NCBI GenBank assembly: GCA_963691875.1
Contig: OY829846.1
Span: 2,592,001 to 2,656,000, forward strand
DNA length: 64,000 nt
Direction: 5' to 3'
Source of the DNA: Aureliella sp.
GTDB lineage: Bacteria; Planctomycetota; Planctomycetia; Pirellulales; Pirellulaceae
How positions within the stretch are numbered: the stretch's first letter is position 1; each line of letters begins with the position of its first letter. The notes under the pieces were generated by a model that saw only the letters and a program-made list of their open reading frames with translations, was not told where the DNA came from and did no database searches. Shown here piece by piece: positions 31,310-39,884 of this stretch. The position numbers were made by a program, and so were the translations under genes.

Positions 31310-32233
31310 CTAAATCCTCGGGCTGGTTTCCTCAGCCGAGTACACCTCACCCACGGACTGCCCCAACTGGATCCATTTTGCGTCGCCATTCAGTCGAATC
31401 ATCACTTGATCATTCTGTACGTCCACCACAGCGATATCGTGTAGCGGCACAGGGACTTGCGCCCCGGCTGCCAATTGCACCGTCTGCTTCGAGGCTCCGA
31501 GCTTGAACCAAGCTTCGAGTTCTCCTCGACGATCTCGAGTGATCGCCTTGAGCTCAATATCGAACAACGCCTTGGCAAATCCTCGCGCGAACAGATTTCG
31601 ACGAACGAACTTGTCGTAGGAATCACGCGGAACCGATTCCTCTGGCAGCATCACCCAGTCACTGAGGTTCTCCTTCGACTCTGACTTTTGCAGGCTCAGC
31701 ACCTCGATGTTGGCGACGAAATCGACTTTGCCTCCCGAATTGAGCGGGTTCAGCGACAGGGAAGCGATTTTGTGTAGGTGCCCAGTCTGCCGAAACTCGT
31801 AAAGGAAGTCCGTAATTTTTGCGAGTGTCGATCGGGTGCGCAGTGTGAATGAGATACGATGTCCCAAAGTGTTTTTTTGACGTTGCTTCGTACGCGACTT
31901 GATCTGAATCGCGGAAGGCTGAGCCGCGTCAATTGATGGCGACTCCATCGCATGCTTGTCCACAAGAGCGAGGAGCCACTGCTGATACTTGGATCTAGCG
32001 AGCATTGGATCAAACGGAAGCCCACGCTGGGCGAACTCCTCCATGCGTTTGGCTTTCTTCTCTGCAATCCGTTGCGTATCTTTGGCGTTGCGAATCTCTT
32101 TCAGCAACGAATCATAACGAGCTTCTAGCTGTTCTTTGGGCTCTTCAATCCAGCTTCGGTAGCTAGAATCCCCAAAATACAAGCCAAATACCAACAAGGC
32201 TCCTAGTGCGAGCCATTTCGTGCGATCAGTCAT
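31310..32233 (-). CDS. GspM/PilO-like assembly platform protein with a C-terminal PilP/GspC-HR-like domain
   Basis: Single N-terminal TM, coiled coil, then ISFTLRTRSTLAKITDFLYEF...LHKIASLSL (PilO-like ferredoxin fold). ATGA overlap with the upstream gene. Confidence 0.6.
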   Translation of the reverse strand: MTDRTKWLALGALLVFGLYFGDSSYRSWIEEPKEQLEARYDSLLKEIRNAKDTQRIAEKKAKRMEEFAQRGLPFDPMLARSKYQQWLLALVDKHAMESPSIDAAQPSAIQIKSRTKQRQKNTLGHRISFTLRTRSTLAKITDFLYEFRQTGHLHKIASLSLNPLNSGGKVDFVANIEVLSLQKSESKENLSDWVMLPEESVPRDSYDKFVRRNLFARGFAKALFDIELKAITRDRRGELEAWFKLGASKQTVQLAAGAQVPVPLHDIAVVDVQNDQVMIRLNGDAKWIQLGQSVGEVYSAEETSPRI

Positions 32234-33939
32234 TTCGCGCCTCCTTTACTTTCCGATGCGCCAACCAACACGGGGATGGCTGGCGACTCTTTCGGCGACT
32301 CTTTCGGCGACTCTTTCGGCGACTCTTTCGGCGACTCTTTCGGCGACTCTTTCGGCGAATCGATGGGCGAATCGATGGGCGAATCGATGGGCGAATCCAG
32401 TTCTGCTGCAACCTTTCCATCCGCTTTCAATTCCGCAGCCAGCGGATCGGCTGGTTCGGCGTAGTGCCAAGCCTCGGGCGTTATAGCAAAACCAATCTTG
32501 GTCTCGAACTGCCATGGGAACTCAGTTGCGTCTGGCGAGCGACTGATGCGCTTGCTGTTAGCGGAAAACTTCGCACCGCGAACACTCTGCTCAAACTCCG
32601 CTACTACCTCTTGTTCCGCAACTCGCAGCGACAAATCGAACGATGCGGCACCGCCGGAAGAGTTGGCGTTGAGTCTCGTGACCGTCGCATCGGGACCAAC
32701 AGGGAGTCGCTCCGAAAGTGTGCTGAGCTCTTCGAGCCAATCCACACGATTAGAAAGCCATTGGTCTATGACCATCACTTCATCTTGTTTCTCAGCGAAT
32801 TTAGCCGCCAGTTTCTTCTCGGTCGCAAGTTGCCCTTCCAAATCTGCAACTTGGGTACGAAGTTCGCCAATGTCGGAGAGCATAAAGTAAACACCCAGGG
32901 CCAATGTAAGCACTGCGGCGCTAGCCATCGCGCCCCAGCGAACATAGGGATTGGCCACTTTCGGCGCCTCCTTCGGTGCCAGCATATCGACCGGCAGCTT
33001 GCCTTGAAAGAAATCCCAAGCCGCGCCGCTGTTAGCCGCAGAACGAAACTTCTTGTTCGATTCCTCTGCCTGACTATCGATACAATTCCAACCGACCAAT
33101 GGGTCAATCGTCTGAACATCTTCGCCTTGTTCCTCCAGAGCTCCAGCGACCTTCCAAGCAAGTTCGTCGGAGGAGAAGACGCGCCACGTAGCCTTCGGAG
33201 TCCGCTCCAACTCGGACGAGGTCGCAAGACAGCGGTTTGCCTCATCGACTAGCTTGGTCGAAATGTACTTCGCATCTTCATTGGCGATTCGAAGCGATCG
33301 CAAGAAAACGGGCTTGGTGCCAGCGCAGATGGAAAGCTCCACTTCGGACTCATACATATGCACTGCGATGGATAGTGCGTTTTCCGCCAGCTGACCGTGT
33401 TTTAGTACGCCGATCGGTGCCAAATGACGTACGCCCAGCGCTACGAGCGAAAAGCCCGATTCTTCAGCCATGCCGCTCAGCTCCTCTAAACGCTGCTTGC
33501 CGATGCTAAACGCATATTTTGCCACGACACTTGAGTCGGTCGCTGCCGCGGAGTCGTGCAGCAGAAAGTCGATGACGCCCTCATCTTCAGACTCACCAAT
33601 TTGCTCTTCAACGCTGCTGCGAATCAGGTCAGGTAGCTCTGCCTTCGAGGCTGGTGGCAGGCTGAGTGTTTGCATCTCGACTTCGGCCCGAGAAAGCAGC
33701 ACCACAACTCTGCTTACGCGAACACCATCTGCTTGCAGCTGCGACTTCAGCGACTGAAAGGGGCTCTCGTCTTGAATACGCAGCAGCACACCGAAGTCCC
33801 TCGGGCGAAGTGTCACCGAATTCGGAGCAGCAATCAAGTAATGAATCGACTGCGAATCCCAATGAAGAAACGCCACCGGGCCGTTCTTCCGCGGCTTCGA
33901 GGCACGAAGGTTCTTCTTAAAGTAGTTTGGAAGATCCAT
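32230..33939 (-). CDS. GspL / PilM-PilN-like assembly platform protein
   Basis: Actin-like N-terminal region (LHWDS, VVLLSRAEV..QTLSLPP...LPDLIR, FLRSL), then VDMLAP-TM-coiled coil-WLEEL..LSERLP (PilN-like). Confidence 0.7.
   Translation of the reverse strand: MDLPNYFKKNLRASKPRKNGPVAFLHWDSQSIHYLIAAPNSVTLRPRDFGVLLRIQDESPFQSLKSQLQADGVRVSRVVVLLSRAEVEMQTLSLPPASKAELPDLIRSSVEEQIGESEDEGVIDFLLHDSAAATDSSVVAKYAFSIGKQRLEELSGMAEESGFSLVALGVRHLAPIGVLKHGQLAENALSIAVHMYESEVELSICAGTKPVFLRSLRIANEDAKYISTKLVDEANRCLATSSELERTPKATWRVFSSDELAWKVAGALEEQGEDVQTIDPLVGWNCIDSQAEESNKKFRSAANSGAAWDFFQGKLPVDMLAPKEAPKVANPYVRWGAMASAAVLTLALGVYFMLSDIGELRTQVADLEGQLATEKKLAAKFAEKQDEVMVIDQWLSNRVDWLEELSTLSERLPVGPDATVTRLNANSSGGAASFDLSLRVAEQEVVAEFEQSVRGAKFSANSKRISRSPDATEFPWQFETKIGFAITPEAWHYAEPADPLAAELKADGKVAAELDSPIDSPIDSPIDSPKESPKESPKESPKESPKESPKESPAIPVLVGASESKGGAK
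32282..32397. repeat. In-frame 12-bp tandem repeats: GGCGACTCTTTC x6 and GGCGAATCGATG x3.7, encoding (DSPI)3-DSP-(KESP)6 in the GspL tail
   Basis: Directly visible perfect repeats. Confidence 0.95.
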
Positions 33940-33942
33940 GGT

Positions 33943-35634
33943 CTAACCGTTTTCTCTATCTCGAGACAAATCTGCCTCAGCTGCCGAATTTACTGAAGAA
34001 GCCCATCTGCCGACTGGAAATCCCTCCCCCCAAGCATGCCAAGTATGTGACGCTCTCCAGCGAACAGTTCCTTCCATCGCATCCAGAATGACTGTCATCC
34101 GAAACACCGCACTCTTCTCATCGCGATAACCAAGCGATTGCGTGCTGTAGACGTCGCTTCGATTGGTGAGAAATGGCTCCAATTCTTTCAGTGTCTCAAG
34201 CCCTACGACGCGTTTGTCAACCAGCCAGCCAACCGTTCGAGCTTGCTCGACGGCTTGATCACCCTGACGAGCTTCGACAATCCGGTTCACAGTATCATCC
34301 GAGATCCCCGGCACCGACTTCAACACCCAAGGCGTCGCCTCGGACACATCGATTCGCCCTACAACCGTGTTGCTTGATATTGTGGTGACCTCATCCAGCA
34401 ACCTATCAAGATAATCTGAATTCGCGACAGCGGCACTTGAAAACGGGCTTTGAAGCGTGATTGTCTTGCTGGACGAGCTACTACTGCCGCCACCGTTTGG
34501 ATTCGGTACTGAAACTGTTGCGTCTATAAGCTGCAAAGGGCTTATTAGCTCTGCGGAAGCGGCCACGCTCAAGTCCGGCAGCCAAGCTCGCGAGTTCGCC
34601 ATTCTTGCACCAGCAGACTCACTATTGGCGGGCCCATATTGGCGAAAGGCGATGACGAAGTTTGCCCATTCAGCAGGCCATATCTGCACCAACGCACTGT
34701 GGAGCTCTTGCAGGTTCACCGCGTTGACATTGATCCGTGGCTTGCCCTCTGCAGTGACGTTGCGATGGCCGCTATGCCAAGTCAACACGTGTTGCCAGCC
34801 CGTGGCCTGTTGCGGTTCCACAAGTCCAAAACCATCGCCTGACTCCGGCAAGGCCTGAGAGGAACCAGCAGCTTCAAAACGGGAACGAGCAATTTCTTGT
34901 TCCAAACGATCGACCTGATAGTTTTGATCCCAGTCGTCACCCACCCAGGCTCTCGTGAGTTGCGATCCAATGTTTCGATCAGACTGTTGCCTCATACTCC
35001 AACCAAGCGTGGCAACTTGCGAAGTAGTTGGCGATGCTCCCATTTCTGACAATAGTGCATCGACTAGCTCTGGTGTAGCTCCCGGCAAGCGCATCAAGGT
35101 AGCTTGGGCATGGCCAGGAAAGAGCGAATCCCACGCAAGCAGCGTCGGCAAATGCAGCTTAGCCGATTCGCTTTGGAGCCCAAATGAAAAAGCATTCGAC
35201 GCAGCGGCTTTGGCAAATCGCTCGAGCTCATTGGAGCTTACTTGACTAGGAACAACTAGGCTGAAACGCCACGGAGCAGCGGCGCCTCGAAATTCCTGCT
35301 GCTCCTCGACTGGAGCCTCTCCGCTGAATTGCTCAATCGTTACGCGATGAAAAAACTCTGGATTTGTGAGTAGGCTTCCGCGTCTACTGGGTGGTAGCTC
35401 CAGAATCGAAGAAGCGAACGCAATTCCACTCAAAGCCACGGCACGAGCTTGAGCTTGCTCTTCGAACACGCTGGTAGAACGATACTGGCTCTCCATGCGA
35501 TAGGTGTAGTTGTAGGCCGCCAAGGCGAGCAGCATGCTTAGCACCAGCACCACGATCAAGGCCATGCCATGACGTTGTTTTCTGCCGCGGTCTCGTTTTC
35601 GCTGCATCAATCGGTTTGCTGAATCACTTTTCAA
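33943..35634 (-). CDS. gspK: Type II secretion minor pseudopilin GspK
   Basis: HG|MALIVVL, QARAVALSG, FGLQSESAKLHL, RINVN, GRIDV..A...VL..VPGI and SDVYSTQSLG. TTGA overlap. Confidence 0.8.
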   Translation of the reverse strand: MKSDSANRLMQRKRDRGRKQRHGMALIVVLVLSMLLALAAYNYTYRMESQYRSTSVFEEQAQARAVALSGIAFASSILELPPSRRGSLLTNPEFFHRVTIEQFSGEAPVEEQQEFRGAAAPWRFSLVVPSQVSSNELERFAKAAASNAFSFGLQSESAKLHLPTLLAWDSLFPGHAQATLMRLPGATPELVDALLSEMGASPTTSQVATLGWSMRQQSDRNIGSQLTRAWVGDDWDQNYQVDRLEQEIARSRFEAAGSSQALPESGDGFGLVEPQQATGWQHVLTWHSGHRNVTAEGKPRINVNAVNLQELHSALVQIWPAEWANFVIAFRQYGPANSESAGARMANSRAWLPDLSVAASAELISPLQLIDATVSVPNPNGGGSSSSSSKTITLQSPFSSAAVANSDYLDRLLDEVTTISSNTVVGRIDVSEATPWVLKSVPGISDDTVNRIVEARQGDQAVEQARTVGWLVDKRVVGLETLKELEPFLTNRSDVYSTQSLGYRDEKSAVFRMTVILDAMEGTVRWRASHTWHAWGEGFPVGRWASSVNSAAEADLSRDRENG

Positions 35635-36752
35635 GGCAACAGCCCCTCGCCCTGATCTTGCTCTGACAGAGACAACACCGGAGGCATTTGAACGATAACG
35701 AGCATCTGTGCTTTGGATGTAGCAGCGAGTTCCAGCGGCGAGTCAATCAACTCCTCCTCGACGCGTCTCGCTAGCGGCTCCTGATCTAGTACAGAGTCCA
35801 CGTCTGCTTCAAACGCATTTAGCCGCTTTTCGGGATCGAATTTCGGTCGCGGAATTGATAACTTACGCATCTGAGCGGGTGTTGGAAAATCGAACTCGAG
35901 CGCTACTGCAGTAGGGATTTGATCCCCCGCTGTGGTCCATTGCTTGCTCCAGCTCTTACCGTCAAAGTACTGAAATTCGGCATTGAGTAGTCTGTCTAGC
36001 CTTTGTTCTGCGACAAAGGTGGTCGAAGCCGGAGCCCTCAACTCACTTTCTTCTGTACGATACAAATCTTCGATCGTCAGCGACTCGTCTGCAGCGGTGT
36101 TGGTGTCATCGCCCGCGCCAGTCGATGCGTTCCGAAGACTTTCTTGCCTGATCAGCGTATAAACTCTCACAACCTGGGTATCGTCTTCTTGCAAGAGTGC
36201 CGTCGCGCCCCGATCTTCTTCCAGTCGATATGTCACCAACCTAAGGTCTCGCGCTCGCTGGGACTGAAAAGGATCGCGAGCTGAACTGTTTTCCTGGTCG
36301 TCACGCAAAATACCCTTACGATCCGATGACGGCAGCGTGGTTGGCGACGCAGGTTCCAGGAAAGGCCCCCCACCAACTGGTGAGTTTAATAGCCGACTTT
36401 GGGCGTCGAGATATTGCGCGAAGACCGCAACAGGATTCAATTTCGGACGAACAGCAAACTCGAGTTCTGAATCGTTGCCCCAGAAAGAGTTCTCCGAATT
36501 GTCGTCCGAGACAAGCAAGATTTTCTGCAAGTCGTGCTGAAGCCAGCTGCGTGTCAGACGCGCTGTATTCGTGCGATGGACAAGATTCCAACTTCTCACT
36601 TCGGCCGACTGATAGTTTCCAATCAAAGACCAACCAACGCCCAGCAACGCGCCCAACAGCCCAAGTGCAATCATCAGCTCAAGCAACGTGTAGGCTGACC
36701 GAAAAAGACTGTCTCGAGACAAACGCGAACTGCCAAGAAAACCGGCACTCAT
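35631..36752 (-). CDS. Prepilin-type minor pseudopilin (GspJ-like)
   Basis: RSA|YTLLELMIAL, LQHDL, VTYRL and FQYFDG..W...W....IPTAV. ATGA overlap. Confidence 0.75.
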   Translation of the reverse strand: MSAGFLGSSRLSRDSLFRSAYTLLELMIALGLLGALLGVGWSLIGNYQSAEVRSWNLVHRTNTARLTRSWLQHDLQKILLVSDDNSENSFWGNDSELEFAVRPKLNPVAVFAQYLDAQSRLLNSPVGGGPFLEPASPTTLPSSDRKGILRDDQENSSARDPFQSQRARDLRLVTYRLEEDRGATALLQEDDTQVVRVYTLIRQESLRNASTGAGDDTNTAADESLTIEDLYRTEESELRAPASTTFVAEQRLDRLLNAEFQYFDGKSWSKQWTTAGDQIPTAVALEFDFPTPAQMRKLSIPRPKFDPEKRLNAFEADVDSVLDQEPLARRVEEELIDSPLELAATSKAQMLVIVQMPPVLSLSEQDQGEGLLP

Positions 36753-37228
36753 GGGAACCGCTCCCCAAGAGTGTTCGTTCTTGATTGACTTTTCGGAAGT
36801 TTGACGAGCCGAGATAATTCAGCAATCGGACGCTTCCCTTCACTGCCAACTTCTTGGGACTCCTCGTAGATACTGACGGTGATGATCTGCAAGCCCTCCA
36901 ATGCGTCCCGAGGTTCCGCATCTCCAGATTCAACTTTTTCCGCCCTTACGACGAAATGCAGTTCCGGCTCGCCCAGCAGTAGGCCTGTCAACTCAGCCGC
37001 TTCCTCTCGATCGTTGGTGGTTGAGTTGAACGCGAGAGAAGCCAAGTACTCGTCCATGACTGATTCGGCTTTGACCAGTCCGATCGCTTTCAGCTCCGCG
37101 CGCGTACCGAAACGAACACCAAGCCCTAGAAGAGACACCAACGAAAGGGCCGTAGCCGTGAGAATGGCAGTCGCAATGACGATTTCAAGTAGTGAGAATC
37201 CATCCCGGCGAAGAACACTTCTACTCAC
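36749..37228 (-). CDS. Prepilin-type minor pseudopilin (GspI/PilV-like)
   Basis: RRDG|FSLLEIVIA, AESVMDE and GLQIITVSI. Confidence 0.75.
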   Translation of the reverse strand: MSRSVLRRDGFSLLEIVIATAILTATALSLVSLLGLGVRFGTRAELKAIGLVKAESVMDEYLASLAFNSTTNDREEAAELTGLLLGEPELHFVVRAEKVESGDAEPRDALEGLQIITVSIYEESQEVGSEGKRPIAELSRLVKLPKSQSRTNTLGERFP

Positions 37229-37959
37229 GGGAGAACCTCCACGCGACCGCTCACAGGATCGTAGGTCACGCGAAGTGATTCTTTTGAAGCTTCGTCATAC
37301 AACTCGATCGTTGCTTCGCGACCAACACCACTCGGGATGGATGGTGCGACAAAGGGCATCCACCAGACCCTCTCGGATGTCACCTTTTCCTCCAGAACGA
37401 AAAGTTCCGCCTCGGTATCAACCTCTGCCGCCGGCAGATCGGAATAGCCGTAGGCTTCTTCGCTAACTCCGTCCGATTCCAAGGATGATGCAAAAAGCGG
37501 CTTCACCGACTCGATCTGCCAACGAACCGACCGAACAACGACTGCGCCCGAGAATTCCCAGCTTCGATCGCTTGAAGCTACGGGAGTGTCGATATCAGAT
37601 GAAGAGCGAAGATCAATATCCGATACCATTTCGAATTCAGCCCCCGAAATTATCTTGCTACTCGACCTATCTGCTTCCTGAGCCAAGTCACTGGCGGCAA
37701 GCACTTCAATAGCTGCACTGCCTTCGACCAACTTCAAAAAAACTGGCTGGCCATTGCTTGCCGCACAGTAACCACATTCTTCGATCGCTGTACGTAATAA
37801 CTGTGAAGACTCTCGCAGTTCGGACTTTCGTAACTGTCTTGCAAGATTTGGCCAAGCGATAGCAGTCAGGCCAACCATAATCACAAGAACAATGACCAGC
37901 TCCAACAAAGTGAAAGCTGGCTGACTTCGAGTGACTGAGCTTGCGCGCAAGGACAACAT
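37225..37959 (-). CDS. Prepilin-type minor pseudopilin (GspH/FimT-like)
   Basis: QPA|FTLLELVIVL...IAWPNL, and C-terminal VTYDPVSGRVEV. Confidence 0.75.
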   Translation of the reverse strand: MLSLRASSVTRSQPAFTLLELVIVLVIMVGLTAIAWPNLARQLRKSELRESSQLLRTAIEECGYCAASNGQPVFLKLVEGSAAIEVLAASDLAQEADRSSSKIISGAEFEMVSDIDLRSSSDIDTPVASSDRSWEFSGAVVVRSVRWQIESVKPLFASSLESDGVSEEAYGYSDLPAAEVDTEAELFVLEEKVTSERVWWMPFVAPSIPSGVGREATIELYDEASKESLRVTYDPVSGRVEVLP

Positions 37960-37985
37960 GAGGGCCCGCCGATCAACAGAACCGA

Positions 37986-38489
37986 TTAAAGTCCGGTCGT
38001 TTCTGGCGCAGATGTCGCATCGACCTCCTCGCCTTCACTTTCACCAGCAGCCGGCCGATTGGCAATATCATCATCGGTGCCTGCCTGTCGATCCGGCCCC
38101 ATCGAGAAGATCCGCGGAAAGTCCATATTACTTTCAGTCTCCCCGTCAGCTACGCCGTACTCGTACTGAAACTGGTTGCCCCAGGGGTCTACGGGCAGCT
38201 TGGTGTCGTCCAAGTAGGGTCCGTCCCAATTACGTGCAAAGGCTTCGTCTTCCGGCGCCTTGAGCAACAACTCCAATCCTTCTTCGGTCGAAGGAAACGT
38301 TTTCATATCGGCCGAGAATAGCTTCAGTGACGACTCGAGGTTTCCAATCTGCGCCTGAGTCGTTCGAACATCAGCCTTCTTCTGAGTGCCCAACAGACGA
38401 GGGCCTACGATTGCCATAATGCCAACCAAGATGATCAGTACGATCATCAATTCCAACAATGTAAGTCCGGCACGAGCCTTTGGATTCAT
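37986..38489 (-). CDS. gspG: Type II secretion major pseudopilin GspG
   Basis: RAG|LTLLELMIVL, FPSTEEGL..LL, WDGPYL, PVDPWGN.FQY and SMGPD...GTDDDI. Confidence 0.93.
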   Translation of the reverse strand: MNPKARAGLTLLELMIVLIILVGIMAIVGPRLLGTQKKADVRTTQAQIGNLESSLKLFSADMKTFPSTEEGLELLLKAPEDEAFARNWDGPYLDDTKLPVDPWGNQFQYEYGVADGETESNMDFPRIFSMGPDRQAGTDDDIANRPAAGESEGEEVDATSAPETTGL

Positions 38490-38528
38490 CGGTTCATTTC
38501 CTTATGAGGGTGTGGTGTACGGTGTGTG

Positions 38529-39746
38529 TTATCCGATGGAGGAATTCATTTCGAAGACTGGTAGCAGTACTCCTACGATTACGAACATCACCATGGATCC
38601 GATCAGGATGAGCATCATAGGTTCGATCATGCGTACCAGCACCTCAAGCCTTCGTTCGATTTTTTCATCTGTACGGTCGGCGACTTTGATCAGCACGTCG
38701 TCAAGCGTATTTGACTCCTCTGCAACGCGGATCTGAGCCATAACTTGTTTCGGAATCAATTTGCTTGCCATCAGTGGGGTCGACAGAGAGTCGCCAGCCG
38801 TGACGTTGTCTGCCGACTGCAGAATGGCCTCTTCGAGCAATTTGTTGCCGGTAGACTCGCTTGAGATCTGCAAGCTCTTGAGAATCGGAACTCCATTTCG
38901 CAAAAGAGTTCCCAAGACACGGCAAGTTCGAGAGACAGCCGAATCATGAAAGATCCCTCCCAGCACCGGCAGACGAAGTTTCCATTTGTCGAGCAAGCGT
39001 TTCGCGGTCGTGTTTTGAAAGAGTTGGTGCATACCACCGACCAGTCCCATGATGGCGATCAGCAGAAAAACTCCATAGTTCAGGAAAGCATGACTGATGA
39101 CCAGCAAGACAACTGTAATTGCCGGCAGGCCCGTGCCATTCTGCTCGAGGCGATCGAAAAAGGGCTGAAACTTGGGCACCATGAACATCACCATCAAACA
39201 AGTGATCAGCGTGCCAACAACACCTAGGATGATCGGGTAAGTCAAAGCGCCGACGATCTTAGCGCGCATCTCATCTTGTTTCGTCAAGAACAAAGCCGTT
39301 CGCTGCAGTGCCTCTTCGAGAAAGGCTCCTTCCTGCCCGGCGCGTACCATGCTGACGGTTAGGTCCGAGAAAACTCTAGTTTCTCGGCTCATGGCAACAT
39401 CGAGTGTGTCGCCTTCCGAGATAGCACTGTGCAAGTTCTGCGCGGTTTGTCGAAGCGTCGGGTTCTCAGTGGCTTCTTCTAAGATCCTGAGCGACTCCAG
39501 GATCGGAACGCCACCGCCAAGCAAGTCGGCAAGCTGCGAGCAGAAGTCTGCAATCTGCTCTTTCTTGACTCGCGTCGGCAGAGAAACATTTGCCCAGCCT
39601 GGCCCTACAGCCGCATCGTTCACCTTCAGAGGAAAAAGCGATTGCTGCCGCAGGAGACGCATCGCCTCTACGCGACTTGCTGCAGCAATCGTGCCCGACT
39701 GCGAGTCGCCACTTTGAGACTTTGCGGTGTAGGTAAACTCTGGCAT
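38529..39746 (-). CDS. gspF: Type II secretion inner-membrane platform GspF/PilC
   Basis: MPEFTYTA, QLADLL..GVPI..SL, SMVRAGQEG, ALTYP, LGTLL.NGVPI and MIEP..ILIG...VLLPVF. Confidence 0.93.
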   Translation of the reverse strand: MPEFTYTAKSQSGDSQSGTIAAASRVEAMRLLRQQSLFPLKVNDAAVGPGWANVSLPTRVKKEQIADFCSQLADLLGGGVPILESLRILEEATENPTLRQTAQNLHSAISEGDTLDVAMSRETRVFSDLTVSMVRAGQEGAFLEEALQRTALFLTKQDEMRAKIVGALTYPIILGVVGTLITCLMVMFMVPKFQPFFDRLEQNGTGLPAITVVLLVISHAFLNYGVFLLIAIMGLVGGMHQLFQNTTAKRLLDKWKLRLPVLGGIFHDSAVSRTCRVLGTLLRNGVPILKSLQISSESTGNKLLEEAILQSADNVTAGDSLSTPLMASKLIPKQVMAQIRVAEESNTLDDVLIKVADRTDEKIERRLEVLVRMIEPMMLILIGSMVMFVIVGVLLPVFEMNSSIG

Positions 39747-39787
39747 GCTGGAACGTCGCCACGTTGGGGACTGGTAAATCTATTTCA

Positions 39788-39843
39788 CAACCCGAAGTTT
39801 TAGCGAAGCCGGCTGGCCGATTCCTCGCTCACGCCTCGGGTTG
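39788..39843. repeat. REP-like palindromic element (copy 2), between gspE and gspF
   Basis: CAACCCGAAGTTTTAGCGAAG ... CCTCGCTCACGCCTCGGGTTG. Confidence 0.7.
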
Positions 39844-39884
39844 GGATCGGGAGTCGAAATCGAGCCGACCGCTGAAAGGCGTTG

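Noticed and set aside
32206..33252. 348-aa plus-strand ORF with RRLF repeats
   Set aside because: Antisense to the GspL-like gene; the repeats are the 12-bp VNTR read on the other strand.
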